Positions 1 through 12,964 are shown, counted from the stretch's first letter. The stretch is 64,000 bases of DNA from Tubulanus polymorphus (GCF_964204645.1 NC_134029.1:11496850-11560849); one strand, 5' to 3'. The notes: generated by a model not told the origin, from the sequence alone. Made by a program: numbers and translations.

Positions 1-1104
1 CACCAAAAATCAATTTTAGAATGCAAAATATTTTCAAATTAATATTTCTATTTTCATACAATATAGATTTAGAATACAAGAATACAAGTTTGGCAAGGAA
101 AATGTGTTACTAAACAGTCTATCGACGGGACTCCGTAGCAGGTGCGCGTAACTCTGATTGGTTGTTGCGATGCATAGGGAACCCTGTTAATGAGGAATCT
201 CCAGACCCGACTGTTGCTACGAAATAAGTCTGCAGCAAATGAATAAAAGCACGCCACACTGCCACACAGCTAGGCGATCATTTCGGTCAAACTGTAAAAA
301 TATAAAGCTTTCACGACCATTGTCTGCAAACTTTCAAACTTAAAGACTCCCACTGACATTCCCAGCACAAAACAAGGAATTTAAGACCGCTACGGTACCG
401 ACCCTTGGTGCAAGGTAAAAATGGTACGCTTTGGTTCGCGGTGTACATACACTACACGATGCCTACATGCTGGTAATGACTCTCGCGTTTGTCGAGAGCT
501 AAAAAGTACAGGGTATGGTAAGAAGTTCTTACTGTTTGTCAAATACCATTCTACTAGGCCTGAAGGTCTGCAAGATGTTGGATAATTCCTACCTTCCTGT
601 TTCTCCAAATTTTTGAGGGTACATCAACTATTCAACTATTTTTCTAAATAGCCAGAATGGAAACAATAAGCAAGAGACTATGCCTAGTTTAGCTGCCAAA
701 CCTAGGATCATTCCTAACTACCGTGGCTTTTTCTCCCGTGGCTACAAAGCGTTCTATAGAAAAAGCTTTAGTAGATATCAAAGAAACGCCATTAGAATGG
801 GAAGTTATGATTCAATCATGTGAAAATACTAATTAGGTGCTTTGAATTCACAAGAGGTCCATATGGTCTAAGATAGTGTTTGAAATTGAGTGGATGCATG
901 AGGAGATGTCAGTTTTATCAGTGAAGCAGCCTCTGTAGCTCAGTGAAATAAGGCGTGATGCTGTTGCTGCTCCACTATCAGTGATGAGTCTTTGAATACC
1001 ACGTTTTTGAAGAAATTAAGTAAATATGTCGCGGCAATATTTACAATCTGTCCAAAATCGGCAATTGGCCACGGCAATCAAAAATTGCTTCCAACGCCCC
1101 TGTG

Positions 1105-1270
1105 AGTGAAAAGTCGGTTCGAGTCCTGCTGGCTGCTTACAGTGTGCGGGCAACACTTCAAAGGCAGTCCCGTCGTGAGGTTAAAAATGAATAATCCAAT
1201 AGGGAATAGTCTTGGGAAACCAAGATCCAAGCGACGTAAAGCCAAACACAAACAAAACAAACAAACAAAA
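1105..1270 (+). mobile_element. tRNA-derived SINE remnant
   Basis: B-box GGTTCGAGTCC near 1115; 3' tail GACGTAAAGCC followed by (AAAC)n-like repeats, typical of invertebrate SINE tails. Confidence 0.5.
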
Positions 1271-1320
1271 CTAATTCAAGTTTCCAGGGTTTCCCTGAGG
1301 CTCATTTTGTACTGTTAAAC

Positions 1321-1420
1321 AGACATTTTCCCCCAGCCAAAAGTCGTCCTATTTTTGCCAAATCCTGAAAGACATTTTCCCCCAGCCAAAAGTCGTCCTA
1401 TTTTTGCCAAATCCTGAAAG
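1321..1420. repeat. Local tandem duplication, about 49 bp x2
   Basis: AGACATTTTCCCCCAGCCAAAAGTCGTCCTATTTTTGCCAAATCCTGAAAG repeated head to tail. Confidence 0.85.
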
Positions 1421-1466
1421 ATTCTTTGAGGGATTTTGAAAATAAATTGATTATTCCTTCTCTTAA

Positions 1467-3131
1467 CACTTTCAGTGCCAAACGACGTAGATCTACGTTT
1501 TTACTAAAAATGCGTCGAGTTCCGAACGATGTAGATCTACGTCGAAATCTTAAATAGCCACAGGGTTTTACCCGCTGGTCTATTTCTATCACAGTTAGTA
1601 CACAGTCGTTTCTACGCGCCTGACATAGACATACTAATAGTACATAGACACACTAATTATAGTAGGCGATCAAGATAACGCAAAATTGGAAGGCTTACAG
1701 CAGGTGAAGCCGCGGAACTTTTGTTGGATTCTGACTCCATTTGGATTTGAACGAGGACTCTGATACACAGTCATCGAACATGTTGTTCCTCGAGCTCGTG
1801 GTCGTGGCAGAGGTCGTAGGCAGGCCAGGCCTACCTTAGCAGCTCAAAGGGCAAATAATCAGTGGGGGCCAGCCACTAGGCAGCCTGTAGTTCAGCTATT
1901 TTAGAATCGCATAGGGCCCACAGATTTGTTTGATGGGGTTGATGACGCATGGGACGTGGCTCGTATATTTTTGCCTGATGAACTTATTCAAATTCTTGTA
2001 ACGGAAACAAATAGATATGCCAATCAGTTCTTTGCAACCACTGTTCTCTCGCCAAATTCAAGAGCCAGGGAGTGGCGCAGAAATATCACAGCTGAAGAAA
2101 TGGAGAAGTTTTTGGGTTTAGTTTTATTGACTGGGATCATCAAAAAGCCTTATCTGAAGCAATACTGGTCTACAGATCCGATACTAGCAACTCCATTTTT
2201 CAACGGAACAATGGGTAGGAATAAATTTCAACTCATTTTGAAATTCTTACACTTCAATGATAATGAGGCTAAGCCACATAATTGCACAGACAAGCTGTAC
2301 AAACAGACAAGCTGTACAAACTGAGGCCTGTTTATGATTTGATGACTTCTAGTTGGCGTGATTTGTTTGACCCTGGTGAAAATCTTTCAATTGATGAGGG
2401 TACCCTCAAGTGGAGGGGGAGACTTTCTTTCCGTGTCTATAACAAAGATAAACCTATAAAATATGGGATAAAGTATATTTTGTGTGATTCCGCTACTGCC
2501 TATAGCTGGAATCTAGACATGTATGTTGGCGACAGACACAATTCGTGAAACTGTCACGGGTCTAATGGATAGACTGCTAAATTCTCCTCACTGCCTGTAC
2601 ATGGATAATTTTTACAATTCTGTTGAACTAAGCAAGCATTTGCTACAAGATTTCCATGTTCATACTGTTGGTACACTGAGGAAGAATAGGGGTGAGCGTT
2701 TAGAAATCCGTCAAGCTGGCGATAGGGATCACGTGATTCCGAATTATGGTACCATAGCCAGGGATGATGGCACTGTCATGGTAATGGCTTGGCAGGATAA
2801 ACAGACGGTCAGAATGATCAGTACAAAGCACGATTCTCAAACACAAGAGATAGAGAGATTCAGAAAGGGTGGTCATGGAGAAAGAGAAAATATTCGAAAG
2901 CCATTGTGTATCATTGATTATAATGACACAGAAAAGACTCTCCTTTCAAATGAAAATCATCAGAAAGTTGTGTCACGCCGAGGACCCAGGAGACATAAAC
3001 TTCATAAATAATGACATAATGACATAAACATTATTCTTTCTACTTTTTCCAGGCCCATGAAAATAGGTAAAATTGGGGAAATGTCTGGCCCTGGGGGGAT
3101 AATCACACATATTGGCCCGGCACTGAAAGTG
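1467..3131 (+). mobile_element. Degenerate piggyBac DNA transposon (1665 bp)
   Basis: TTAA TSDs at 1463-1466 and 3132-3135; perfect 13-bp TIR CACTTTCAGTGCC / GGCACTGAAAGTG. Confidence 0.93.
1926..3011 (+). pseudogene. piggyBac (PGBD4-like) transposase, frameshifted and C-terminally deleted
   Basis: Three consecutive ORFs with ETNRYA, LHFNDN, SIDE, KPIKYGIK, YMDNFYNS, VGTLRKNR, WQDK and IIDYN motifs; third catalytic Asp region and Cys-rich domain not seen. Confidence 0.9.
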
Positions 3132-4487
3132 TTAAGACGTTATAGTTTTCTTATTTTAGTTTATTTCAATTTAAGCATCTGTTTTCAATAATAAAATGCA
3201 TGGCTCACGATGTAGTAAAATAGTAATAGCACATAGGCCATATCTAACTAACCTACAAAGCGTAGTGTAATCGCCCATGTTCCTTCCAACCCTATTTTCC
3301 CTAATGGTGCAGTCTACACGTTAGTCAATGAAACTGTGTATAGGCAAAGTTCTCAGGTGGCAGGTAATTTTTTATCAGCCAATCTAAGTCGGCCTGTGTT
3401 TGCAGGACGCAGCCACTTGTCTCGCTGTGTATACAGCACTGTTATCTCTAGCCACCTACATGTGCTAACTCAGGGTATTCCCCAGAATACATCATCTTTG
3501 AATGGCGCAGTTTGCGTAGATATACGTGATACCGGTTGGCATTACTGATTATTTTCACGAAGAAAATCCCTCACTCGCAATGCTTTCAAGAAATAAAATC
3601 TGGGCAAGCGACGATTCCACCCTTCGGAAACGATAATCTACCGATCCGCTCCCAGTCAGTGCGAACCATGAACTGCGCAGTTTCTATGAACTACTTTCGA
3701 ATGTATGAGTGCCCGAGCATCTGTGAGGATAGTGATGAGGATTACACTTCATTGCCAGGTAAAACCGATATAAACAATTCACAGAAGGTAGACCCTTCAT
3801 GCACCTCAAAACTTTCCATAATTCATCTCGATTATGAAAACCTAAATAAAACAAGGCTATGATAGTCATTACTAGAATCATGGATACAGGCAAATGATGT
3901 GTTACAATTTTTTATCGGATTATCAGCTCTATTATGATACAGCATTATGGGACTATATCCATGGCAGTAGAGATACTACGGGTGTTGTTCAGTGAACGGT
4001 AGGATTTTCACTAGCGACGATGCCTATATGGTCTTCGACCATTAAAATCTAAAAGTAAATGAAAATATATTCTCCAAATCAAAGACAAGAACATTTATCA
4101 TCAGCATGAACAGAATATGAATTACCTATGTACGATCTATCTGATTTTTAAATAACAACTTCAAAAACAATTGTTTTTTAAACGAGAGTTCAAGTTATAA
4201 TTGTTTGTTTGCCCCCTTTGCTGACAGAAATATACAAAACTTTGTCGAAATGATGCACATGGAGTGAACTACTCTGAATATCAGTCGATGTTACAGGTTA
4301 CGGAACCAACCGCTAGATACTGGACTAAGAGTGTTGTAGTAGGTTCGAGTCCTGACCTTATGCTATTATAGTGATTATGTTATTATCATAAAAAGGACCA
4401 ATGGTCCAATGGCTTGCCAAACTGGTGTGAAGTAAAAAACTTGTCACGTAGGCTACCGGTACTAAATTCATTACATTGAAAAACAAG

Positions 4488-5997
4488 AAACTAGAATAAG
4501 GCAAAGCCTCGAATGCCCCCGGCCTGAAATTCAGCGCCACGTGAAGTTACAGGGTTTGTGGTAAATGCATTAGAAATATCATGGTCACAATCATTTCTTT
4601 AAGAATGATATTAGAAAACATAGGCCCCCTAGTGACCATATACAAAAAACCAATGACCTTGAAACCCACAAAAATCATAGAACATGTCAGCAGCTATGAT
4701 TTTGTAATTGATTGTGATAACAAAATATGCCTTGTTACCAATTTAATATGGAAATACTAAGTTATTCTACTATTCAACGCCCCCTGGTGACCATATGCAA
4801 AACCCAATAACCTTAAAACTCACCACAATCGTAGTACATGTCATGAAATACAACTTTGCAACTGATCATGGTAACAAAATATGCCTAGGTACCAATCTAG
4901 TAAGGAAATACTAAGCTATTCTACTATTCAACGCCCCTAGTGACTATATGGAATAACTAATGTCCTTAAAAACTCACCACAATCATAGACAATGTCATGA
5001 ACTACAACTTTGCAATTGATCATGGTAACAAAATATGACTAGGTACCAATCTAATAAGGGTACCAATCTAATAAGGGTACCAATCGAATAAGGAAATACT
5101 AAGTTATTCTACTATTCAACGCCCCCTGGTGACCATATAGAATAACTAATGTCCTTAAAACTCACCAAAATCATGGAAGATGTCATGAGCTTCAACTTTG
5201 CAATTGATTATGGTAACAAAATATGCATAGGTACAAATATAATATAGAAATACTAAGTTATTGTATTATTCAACGCCCCCTGGTGGCCACATACAAAAAC
5301 CAATGACCTTGAAACTCACCAAAATCATAGAACACGTTATGGGCTACAACTTTCCAATTGAATATAGTAACACAATATGCTTAGGTATCAATTTAATGTG
5401 GAAAAACTTTTTCCCACCTACCAATGAGTACTGATGACACCAAGATGGCCGCCAATTGCGTCATTATTGGCTGATCAAAAATACCTGTCTCAGGTATATG
5501 ATATATATCATCCCTTTCCAAAGAATACCCATCACAAATTGCAATGAGAAATGCCAAACCAGTAGGAAGCTTCAGGACCTAAAATTCTGGCCAAAATTGA
5601 CATTTTTGGGCACTAAAATGGTCATAGGACGGCCATCTTGAGTCAGATCGACCCAATTTTTCTTATGCTGATGGGCCCTTGGTAGATTCAAATATAAACG
5701 AAAGATCAAGGTAATTGATCAAAGCGTCTTCAAAATTTCCCTCGAAAACTTCAAAAATGTGTAAAAAGTGCTGATTTTGGCCAACAACAATGGCTGCCAG
5801 TCGGCCATCTTGAATCTGACAGGGCCAGTTATTAGGCTGAAGATGTGTCTAGGGTAGATACATGTATAAACCAAATATCAAGACATTAGCTTGAAGCGTC
5901 TTAAAAACTTCCCAAAATAACTGGATTCCGTCTACGGATGGATGTACGAAGTGATCGCAATAGCCTGCTGGGACTCAAGTCCCTAGTGGGCTAAAAA
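4488..5997 (+). mobile_element. Helentron/DINE-1/pearl-like non-autonomous element with about five 154-bp core repeats
   Basis: Starts AAACTAG; cores TTCAACGCCCCCTGGTGACC...; ACGG-type microsatellite remnant; 3' hairpin GGGACT-CA-AGTCCC then AGTGGGCTAAAAA; homologous to 19955-21075. Confidence 0.75.
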
Positions 5998-6069
5998 TCT
6001 GTATGCAAAAATTCATTCATTGAGTGACCCGTCAAGATACGGTACAAACTTGGTGAGAGCCTGGGTTTC

Positions 6070-7235
6070 ATCGGAGGTTTTTCATTATCATATACGGACC
6101 AATCAGGACAGAAGCTCCCAAGTTCTTCAAATTTGAGGCCAGTGCCGGTTATGACGAAACAATGTTTATGGACTGACATGACATGGTTTTGAATAATTTC
6201 ACAATAGGATTGCTTACATCTTCACTCAGACAAATTGTTGTTATGTGCAACCTACACCATGGCGCGCGTACTCTATAACTGATACATACGCACCGTGAAC
6301 ACGAGAGTATAGGGTGATATTGGCTGCGCGACTGTACACGACTGTTTTTAACGCGAACGCTCATCACTGCACCGCAGTTAACAAACTAATACTTATAATC
6401 AGGCTCCTAACAGATCGCTAATGCTTCAATTAATGATGATAAACACGTATTCCAGTCGTGTATATATTAGACTCATCTCTAAAATCCGATGCTATCAGTA
6501 AATCAGCCATGTGGCGAACACAGAAGTAAATTTTCACGCATTTTGAAACCACATTTTTGTCAGATATCTTGATGCAACGTTACCTTACGCACGAGATATC
6601 AAAACTAGATGAATCATAGAACACATCACACACAATAAATCGTTACACGTTATGCCTCGAGTATCAGTATTCGCGCTAGAAATTATGAATATCAACCTAT
6701 TCATTCGTGCTGCCATTTTTTTTGTGAAATAACGAGCACCAGCTGATCCACCTCGTTCAATGTTATGACGTCATGATGGAAGTCGAAACCCGGGTCAACA
6801 CAAACTTTCTATAACCAAGATTTCAAGGGGTTTCATCTTCGAAAGGCCATAACTACCGAACAAAGCGTCGGGTCTTGGCGATATGAAGTTCTTCCGACGC
6901 AAATAGCATTGAATTTTCACATATGTAATTTTGGACAGTTAAAGATCCTGCATAAAAAAATGTGCTCAAATAAATCGAATTTTTGAAACTTTTTGGTAAA
7001 TATCTAAAAAAATATGAAAATATACGGCTTTTAACTTTTCGCACCATAAAGAAAAACCAATAACAAAATATATTTTTGCTAAATCTGTTCAATTCGCCCA
7101 TTAGTAGTGAAATTACAGGCTACTGAAATTACATTTCAGTGTGCTAAAAATAGCTTAATGGGTAGTGTATTAAGCATACAAATGATTATCAATCAGCCAG
7201 ACCGTTGACATGGGCTCGCTAATGCGAGCCAAAAA
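6070..7235 (+). repeat. Repeat unit ending in a 3' hairpin (HINE-like), copy 1
   Basis: About 1.2 kb similar to 7565-8847; ends GGCTCGC-TAAT-GCGAGCC-AAAAA. Confidence 0.7.
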
Positions 7236-7564
7236 TTTATCAACAGTTGCAGCCTCTAGGCTGTTTTCCCTCCATGGCCATAATTTGAATCAGTCAACAA
7301 TTGCAGCCTCTAGGCTGTCAACGTTGTTTTTCAGGTTGGCTCCCTGGTAGCCATAATTTGAATCGAATGGAACTAATTTTTAATAGGGTTGTGGCCCAAA
7401 TGATACCCTACTTGTGTGCCAAGTTTGAAATAAATCGGTCAACAATTGCGGCCTCTAGGCTGTTAACGCTGTTTTTCATTTCGGCCCCCTGGTGGCAATA
7501 ATTTGAATAAACATGAATATAAATTTGAATAAATATAGATATAATTAAAATTAATTGAATTAAA

Positions 7565-8847
7565 CAGAGGTTTCTCATTATCATACGGACCAATACCAGG
7601 ACATAACTCCGAAGTTCTTCAAATTTGAGGCCTGGGCCCAGTTTCACACAAAAGTTTAACTCAAACTTTGGTTTAATTGCCATTGGTTACTTTGTATTTG
7701 CAATCAGGACAACAATTCAAACTTAACTGTTTTAGGCTTAAAACTTTATCGTGAAACTGGGCCCAGTGCCGGTTACTGACGAAACAAAGTTGACATGGTT
7801 TTTGAATAATTTAGGGATTGCTTTAAGTAGCTTACATCTTCACTCAGACAAATCATCGTTACGCGCGATATACACCGTAGCACGCTTTATTTAACTGATA
7901 CATACACGTAGTGAACACAGAGTACAGTTGTATAAGGCGATATTGCCTACGCGACTGTGCACGACTGTTTTCAATTCGAACGCTCATCACTGTGCCGCAG
8001 TTAACAAACTAATGCAAATAATCAGGCTCCAAAACGGATCGCTTATGCGACCATCAATAAAATGACTTTAATTAATGATGATAAAACAAGTATTCCAGTA
8101 AATTTCGTGTAAATATAAGACTCATCTCAAAATTTCGATGCTATCAGTTAATCAGCCGTGTGGCGAACACGGAAGTAAATTTCCGCATTTTGAAACAGAT
8201 TTTCGTCAGATATCTTGATGCAACGTTACCTTATGCACGGGATATCAAAACTAGATGAATTATTGAACACACAGTACACAATCATATGCCTTGAGTATCA
8301 GTATTCGCGCTAGGAATGATGAATATCAACCTATTCAATTGTACCGCCATTTTGTTTAGTGAAATAGAGCACACCTGCTGATCAACCTCATTCAATGTTA
8401 TGATGTCATGATGGAGATCAAAACCGGGACAACGCAAATTTTATATAACCAAGATTTTGAGGGGTTTCGCGTTTGAAAGCCCATAACTACCGAACAAAGC
8501 GTCGGTTCTTGGGGGGATAAAGTTCTTCCGATGGAAATAGTATTGAATTTTCACATGTGTAAGATGGTGCATAAAAAAAAATGCTGAAATAAATCGAATT
8601 TTTGACACTTTTTGGCAAATTTCCCAAAAAATATGACACCCACAGCTTTCAACTTTGCGCACCTTAAAGAAAAACAAATTATGAAATATATTTTTGCTTA
8701 ATCCGTTCAATTCGCCCATTAGTAGTGAAATTACACAGGCTACTGAAATTGCATTTGAGTGTGCTACAAATAGCTTTTAGCATAGTGTATTAAGCAAACG
8801 AATGATTATAGATCGGCCGGACCGCTGAAGCTAATGCGAGCCAAAAA
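7565..8847 (+). repeat. Same family, copy 2, with a MITE insertion
   Basis: Collinear with 6070-7235; ends GCTAATGCGAGCCAAAAA. Confidence 0.7.
7635..7763. mobile_element. MITE (Harbinger-like, CWG target)
   Basis: TIR GGCCCAGTTTCAC...GTGAAACTGGGCC; empty site GAGGC-CAG-TGCC in the paralogous copy near 6140. Confidence 0.8.
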
Positions 8848-8940
8848 TCATTACCATATACTACTTATATTGACCCGCCAGCATTTTATCTTTAGAATTC
8901 TTACCGTTATCGGACCCGGCTGGGGAATGAGAAACAAGAT

Positions 8941-9664
8941 CAGGGATGAGAACGCCGACCTGTAAAATCCGCGGGTTATTTTTCTTGAGTGACATACGCG
9001 AACCAGCTGACAGCGTAGCCGGCAGCACTAGCGAGCGCCGAAGGCGCGAAGCTATTTCGGGGGGGTTAGGGGGCCCTCCCCCAAGAAAATTTTAGAAATT
9101 AAATACGTTTTCCGAGCACTTAGAGCGATCTTGAACCCATGAACAACTATTATATTTTGGAAGGTAATGGCTAGTTCCAATGTGGTACATCCTCATTTGA
9201 TGACATTCAGCATCTCATGCATTACGGGTCGAGCCCTGAATTATTGCAGTAAAAATGCGCCGATGAATGCTCACTAAAAATCATCACCAAGTAGTGTATA
9301 ATATCCGAAAGCGTTCGCCACACACACGCAGCAACAGTAAGTAGACCTATATACGTTACTACTGTTGCTGTGCGTGCGTGTCTGCAACCGATCGATAAAA
9401 TACATACAAACTCATCGTAGTACAAATGTACATACAAAATCACTGTGTTGCAATGAATATGCATTGAAATGCGATACTTTTACGTGACGATAAGTAAAAC
9501 AGGCACTGAACGCTTTTACGGTTCACCTGATTACCGATAGCGCTGGACCAATTGAGTGAGATCATCACCCCCCCCCCCCCCCCCCATACTTTTACATCAT
9601 TTTTGGACTATTTGGAAAATTGATATTTTTCAATACTGAAATCCGCGGGGAATTCTCATCTCTG
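8941..9664 (+). mobile_element. MITE with CAGGGATGAGAA termini and 6-bp TSD (hAT6-like)
   Basis: TIR CAGGGATGAGAA / TTCTCATCTCTG; TSD CAAGAT on both sides; near-identical inverted copy at 62061-62794. Confidence 0.9.
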
Positions 9665-10239
9665 CAAGATATCATTTTTTTTCTGGCTTAAAATGGGAAT
9701 AGAGGTATCCAATCCTAGTGCAACTTGAGCATTTATACAACTTACAAAATACAACCTAAATGAAAGATTTTGAAGGGATATTAAATGGGGGAAAAGAGGA
9801 TTTCATAACATGTACGTCCTAGGAGATTATACATTTTGTGACGTGACGACTTATGCCAGTTTGACTGTAGTCATTTGTACCCAACCACATATTTACATTC
9901 AAAACATATTATACAAAGTGGCTTCCATGCATCCTGCCACATAATCTTCATAATAATAATAATAATAATTTTATTTTCATTCAACTACATTTCAATATAA
10001 GGTTATTTTTACAATTCGGAATAACTAGAGCGGTTAAATGAGGGATCCAGCGCAAGCCTTTGGGGCTGAACTTACAAGCAATTGCAAGGCGCTGAACCCG
10101 AGTGCAAAGCGTGCGAGAAGGGTGCAATAGAAACAGGAAATAAATGATAACTTTAACAATAATAGTATTCAAATATAGCTGCAAAGCAGCGATAATGGGT
10201 TTTCTGCACAGTCTTAGAATCCTGTTCAATGTTAAACAC

Positions 10240-10600
10240 AGTTTTATAAGAGGAAGCTCGACAAACAGTCAATTAGACCTACTTGAAACCATGGACAACT
10301 GGACCAGATGTCCTATTTGACTCTGGAAAATCGACTGTTAGGCGATAGTTACTCTTTATGATTTCGACAAAGCATTTGATAAGGTACAACATCAGCCATT
10401 ACTAAACAAGGCTATTAGGAAACAGTATCAATGATATGTTGCCGAAATGGCTCAGCATTATCTCTGAACGAAAACTTGTAGCCGAAATCAACGGAGCGCC
10501 TCATCATGGAATAAGTCAGTCTAACTAGTGGAGTCACGCAAGGTAGTATCCTAAGTCGTCTTCTGTTTAATGTCCTGACAAATGACATACACAGTAATCC
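10240..10600 (+). pseudogene. Degenerate CR1/L2-type LINE reverse-transcriptase fragment
   Basis: Broken frames give LLETMDNWT, YDFDKAFDKVQHQPLLNK and TSGVTQGSILSRLLFN, which are non-LTR RT motifs. Confidence 0.8.
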
Positions 10601-10644
10601 AAAATATACCAGACCGAGTAAATTTCCAAAACGACCTTAACACG

Positions 10645-11060
10645 CTGTTCGACCAAAAAACTTAATGATCCGACAAGAAAATCTTGTACGCTTTTTGTTT
10701 GAACCAAAACTTTTCTTCATTCTGAAAGCTACGTTATTGTTGAAATGAAAAACTTTTTGTCCCGGCAAAAAAATTTGGTTGAGCGAAAACAATTTTTTCG
10801 AACGAATGTTTGAATGAAAACAATTCTGTTCGATTGAACAAAATACTTAATACTTATGGTTCGGAGAAAAAACTTTTTACAATATACTTGTTCGAACAAA
10901 AATGTTCTTAATGTTCTGACAAGAAAATTCTGTTCAAATTAAAACGATTCTGTTCGATCGAACGAAAAACCTTTCGTTTCGACAAAATAAATTTTGTTCC
11001 GACGAAAGAATTTTCAAGCGAAAGGTCTTTTGAACGAAAAAAAGATATTTCTGGGGCTCC
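10645..11060. repeat. Degenerate short-period array (TGTTCGA / CGAAAAAC motifs)
   Basis: Many imperfect TTGTTCGA..AAAA units; probably the interior of a MITE. Confidence 0.5.
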
Positions 11061-11072
11061 GCTGTAACTTAA

Positions 11073-11395
11073 AGCCGGACGTAGGTCCGCCTTGTGACGG
11101 GATGCGATTCTCGCGTTGCATCCCAAGTTTTGGTGCAAGTCAGTTGCGATACGATTGTCAGCGACTGAATGCGACTAGTTTCTGCCAGTCGCAAGAGCGC
11201 GTAGGTTGGTTGTGACAGTAGTGTCTTGCACAGAAAGTAGAACACTTGCGACTCCTTGTGACTGGCGTTGCTGAAAGTCGCAACCCGTCGCAAGTCGAGG
11301 TCGATGAGTCGTTGCGACACAATCGTCGCTGGCGGTCGTAGTGAATGGCGTCGCAGTGAGTCACAAGCCGTCACAAGGCCGACCTACGCCCAGCT
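11073..11395. mobile_element. PIF/Harbinger-type MITE
   Basis: TAA TSDs at 11070-11072 and 11396-11398; imperfect TIR AGCCGGACGTAGGTCCGCCTTGTGACGG; interior rich in GCGAC/GTCGC. Confidence 0.8.
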
Positions 11396-11629
11396 TAAGT
11401 CATTAGGAATTAATGAAATACCAGTTTCATTTATGATGAAAAAACTCAAATGAAAAGTCTGGCTTATAAAGCTGTCTGCTCAGACGAAATTTTCAAAAAA
11501 ATCTTCATTTTTGGCGATAAAATTGATAATTGTGATTGATCGTTGCAAGTCAGAACCAGTTAATCACTAATTAACATGCATTTTAATAAATCGGATTCCT
11601 CCTTTACAGTGAACTTAGCATTAACCTAG

Positions 11630-12720
11630 TAGAGGCTACTAGCCTATGTAGGCCTATGTATATGCGTAGGCCTAACATCTGGACAGATTGGTTGTAGGCC
11701 TATTGAATAACAACCCTCCTAAATATCGTAAATTTTGTTTTGAAGTTCAATCCAATGAGTCTGTTAATAAACGCAACAATTATACTGTGTTTGTTTGAGA
11801 CAGTAAAGCTCAGTACCGGTAGGCCTAAAGCCGTGTAAAACTCGATAAACACTTCAAGCGACACAGCGAACGATCTCCTTTCCCCCACAGCGAACGCTTA
11901 CTCCAAATGTTAAGTGTGAGTCCAGCATACGGATAGGAGTGTGTTATATACTGGTATTTAGTAAATACCTTGTGCATTTGACAATGATCGGTATGTACTG
12001 TAGGAAATGTAGAGTATTGATGGTATTGATATAGAGGTTGAAGCCCGCGGCCGAATAAAGTAATATATTCTTTTATTTTGATACCTCGTCGACACAACAG
12101 CTTTTCTCCCCTATATCTCTTCGGCGTCTTTAGTTTAGGCCTACGACTCCCCGGTACACAAAAGATTTATCTTAGTAAATACACGCTTAATTTGGTAAAG
12201 AAAAATAGGCATTGTTAAACTAACTCCTTGAAACCCGCAGCCAAATCACTGGTACTAATAAATTCACTTGTTCTCGATTTGATTCTCATGAGAAACTCGC
12301 AGCTGATCCCCGGAACGACGATGTAGTGACACACGTCGATTCGTCGATGTTTACGGCTCGACAGTGCTTTTAAATCTAAAGTAGTAAATTTCCTATGTAT
12401 CGGTAATATGATTTGATGAGGAAAATGGGCTATTGTTAAATTACTGTTTGAAGACCGCGGCTGAATGTGAAGTCTGCGGCAATAAATTTGTTCATTTATA
12501 CTTGAATTGATAATCGAAGTGACAATCGGCCTGCGGGTTGATTTCGGGATGATGACTCGAAAAACATGTCGCCCCATTGAATGGGGCTAAATTTACGATG
12601 TTTACTGCCCGACAGTGCTTTTGTAACGATGATTCGTGAAAAAACACGCGATGTATTTGTAGATCTCAGTGAGCTGAACGATATCATATGGATTGTATCG
12701 ACAACAGCGGCAAGGTAACA
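11630..12720. promoter_or_regulatory. CpG-enriched unique region, possible promoter or 5' end of an unidentified gene
   Basis: Higher CpG density; five TAGGCCTA palindromes; duplicated CGATGTTTAC..CGACAGTGCTTTT motif; candidate minus-strand donors near 11900 and 12083. Confidence 0.3.
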
Positions 12721-12789
12721 AAGCCTTAGTTCTTTTAGCGAAAATAGTGTGACATAAAATAGTAATGATAATAACAATAATAATAATAA

Positions 12790-12960
12790 TTAGAAAGTAA
12801 TAATATAATTAATATTTATAAATGAATAATGGATGTGACTAAGTATTATTAAATTGGCTGATTGATATTTACCGGGTATATGTTTTTCTTGGAGATAAAT
12901 ATGTGTACGCTTTATTTTCTTAATCATACATATATATGGAAAATAAACTTGAACTTGAAC
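12790..12960 (+). mobile_element. Probable LINE 3' tail abutting a lipoxygenase splice donor
   Basis: Ends AATAAA-CTTGAA-CTTGAAC, a non-LTR tandem tail; preceded by (AAT)n at about 12765-12790. Confidence 0.45.
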
Positions 12961-12964
12961 AAAC

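Noticed and set aside
495-835. RecQ-like helicase remnant (STGYGK...VSP)
   Set aside because: Only a short motif resemblance in broken frames; no further helicase motifs
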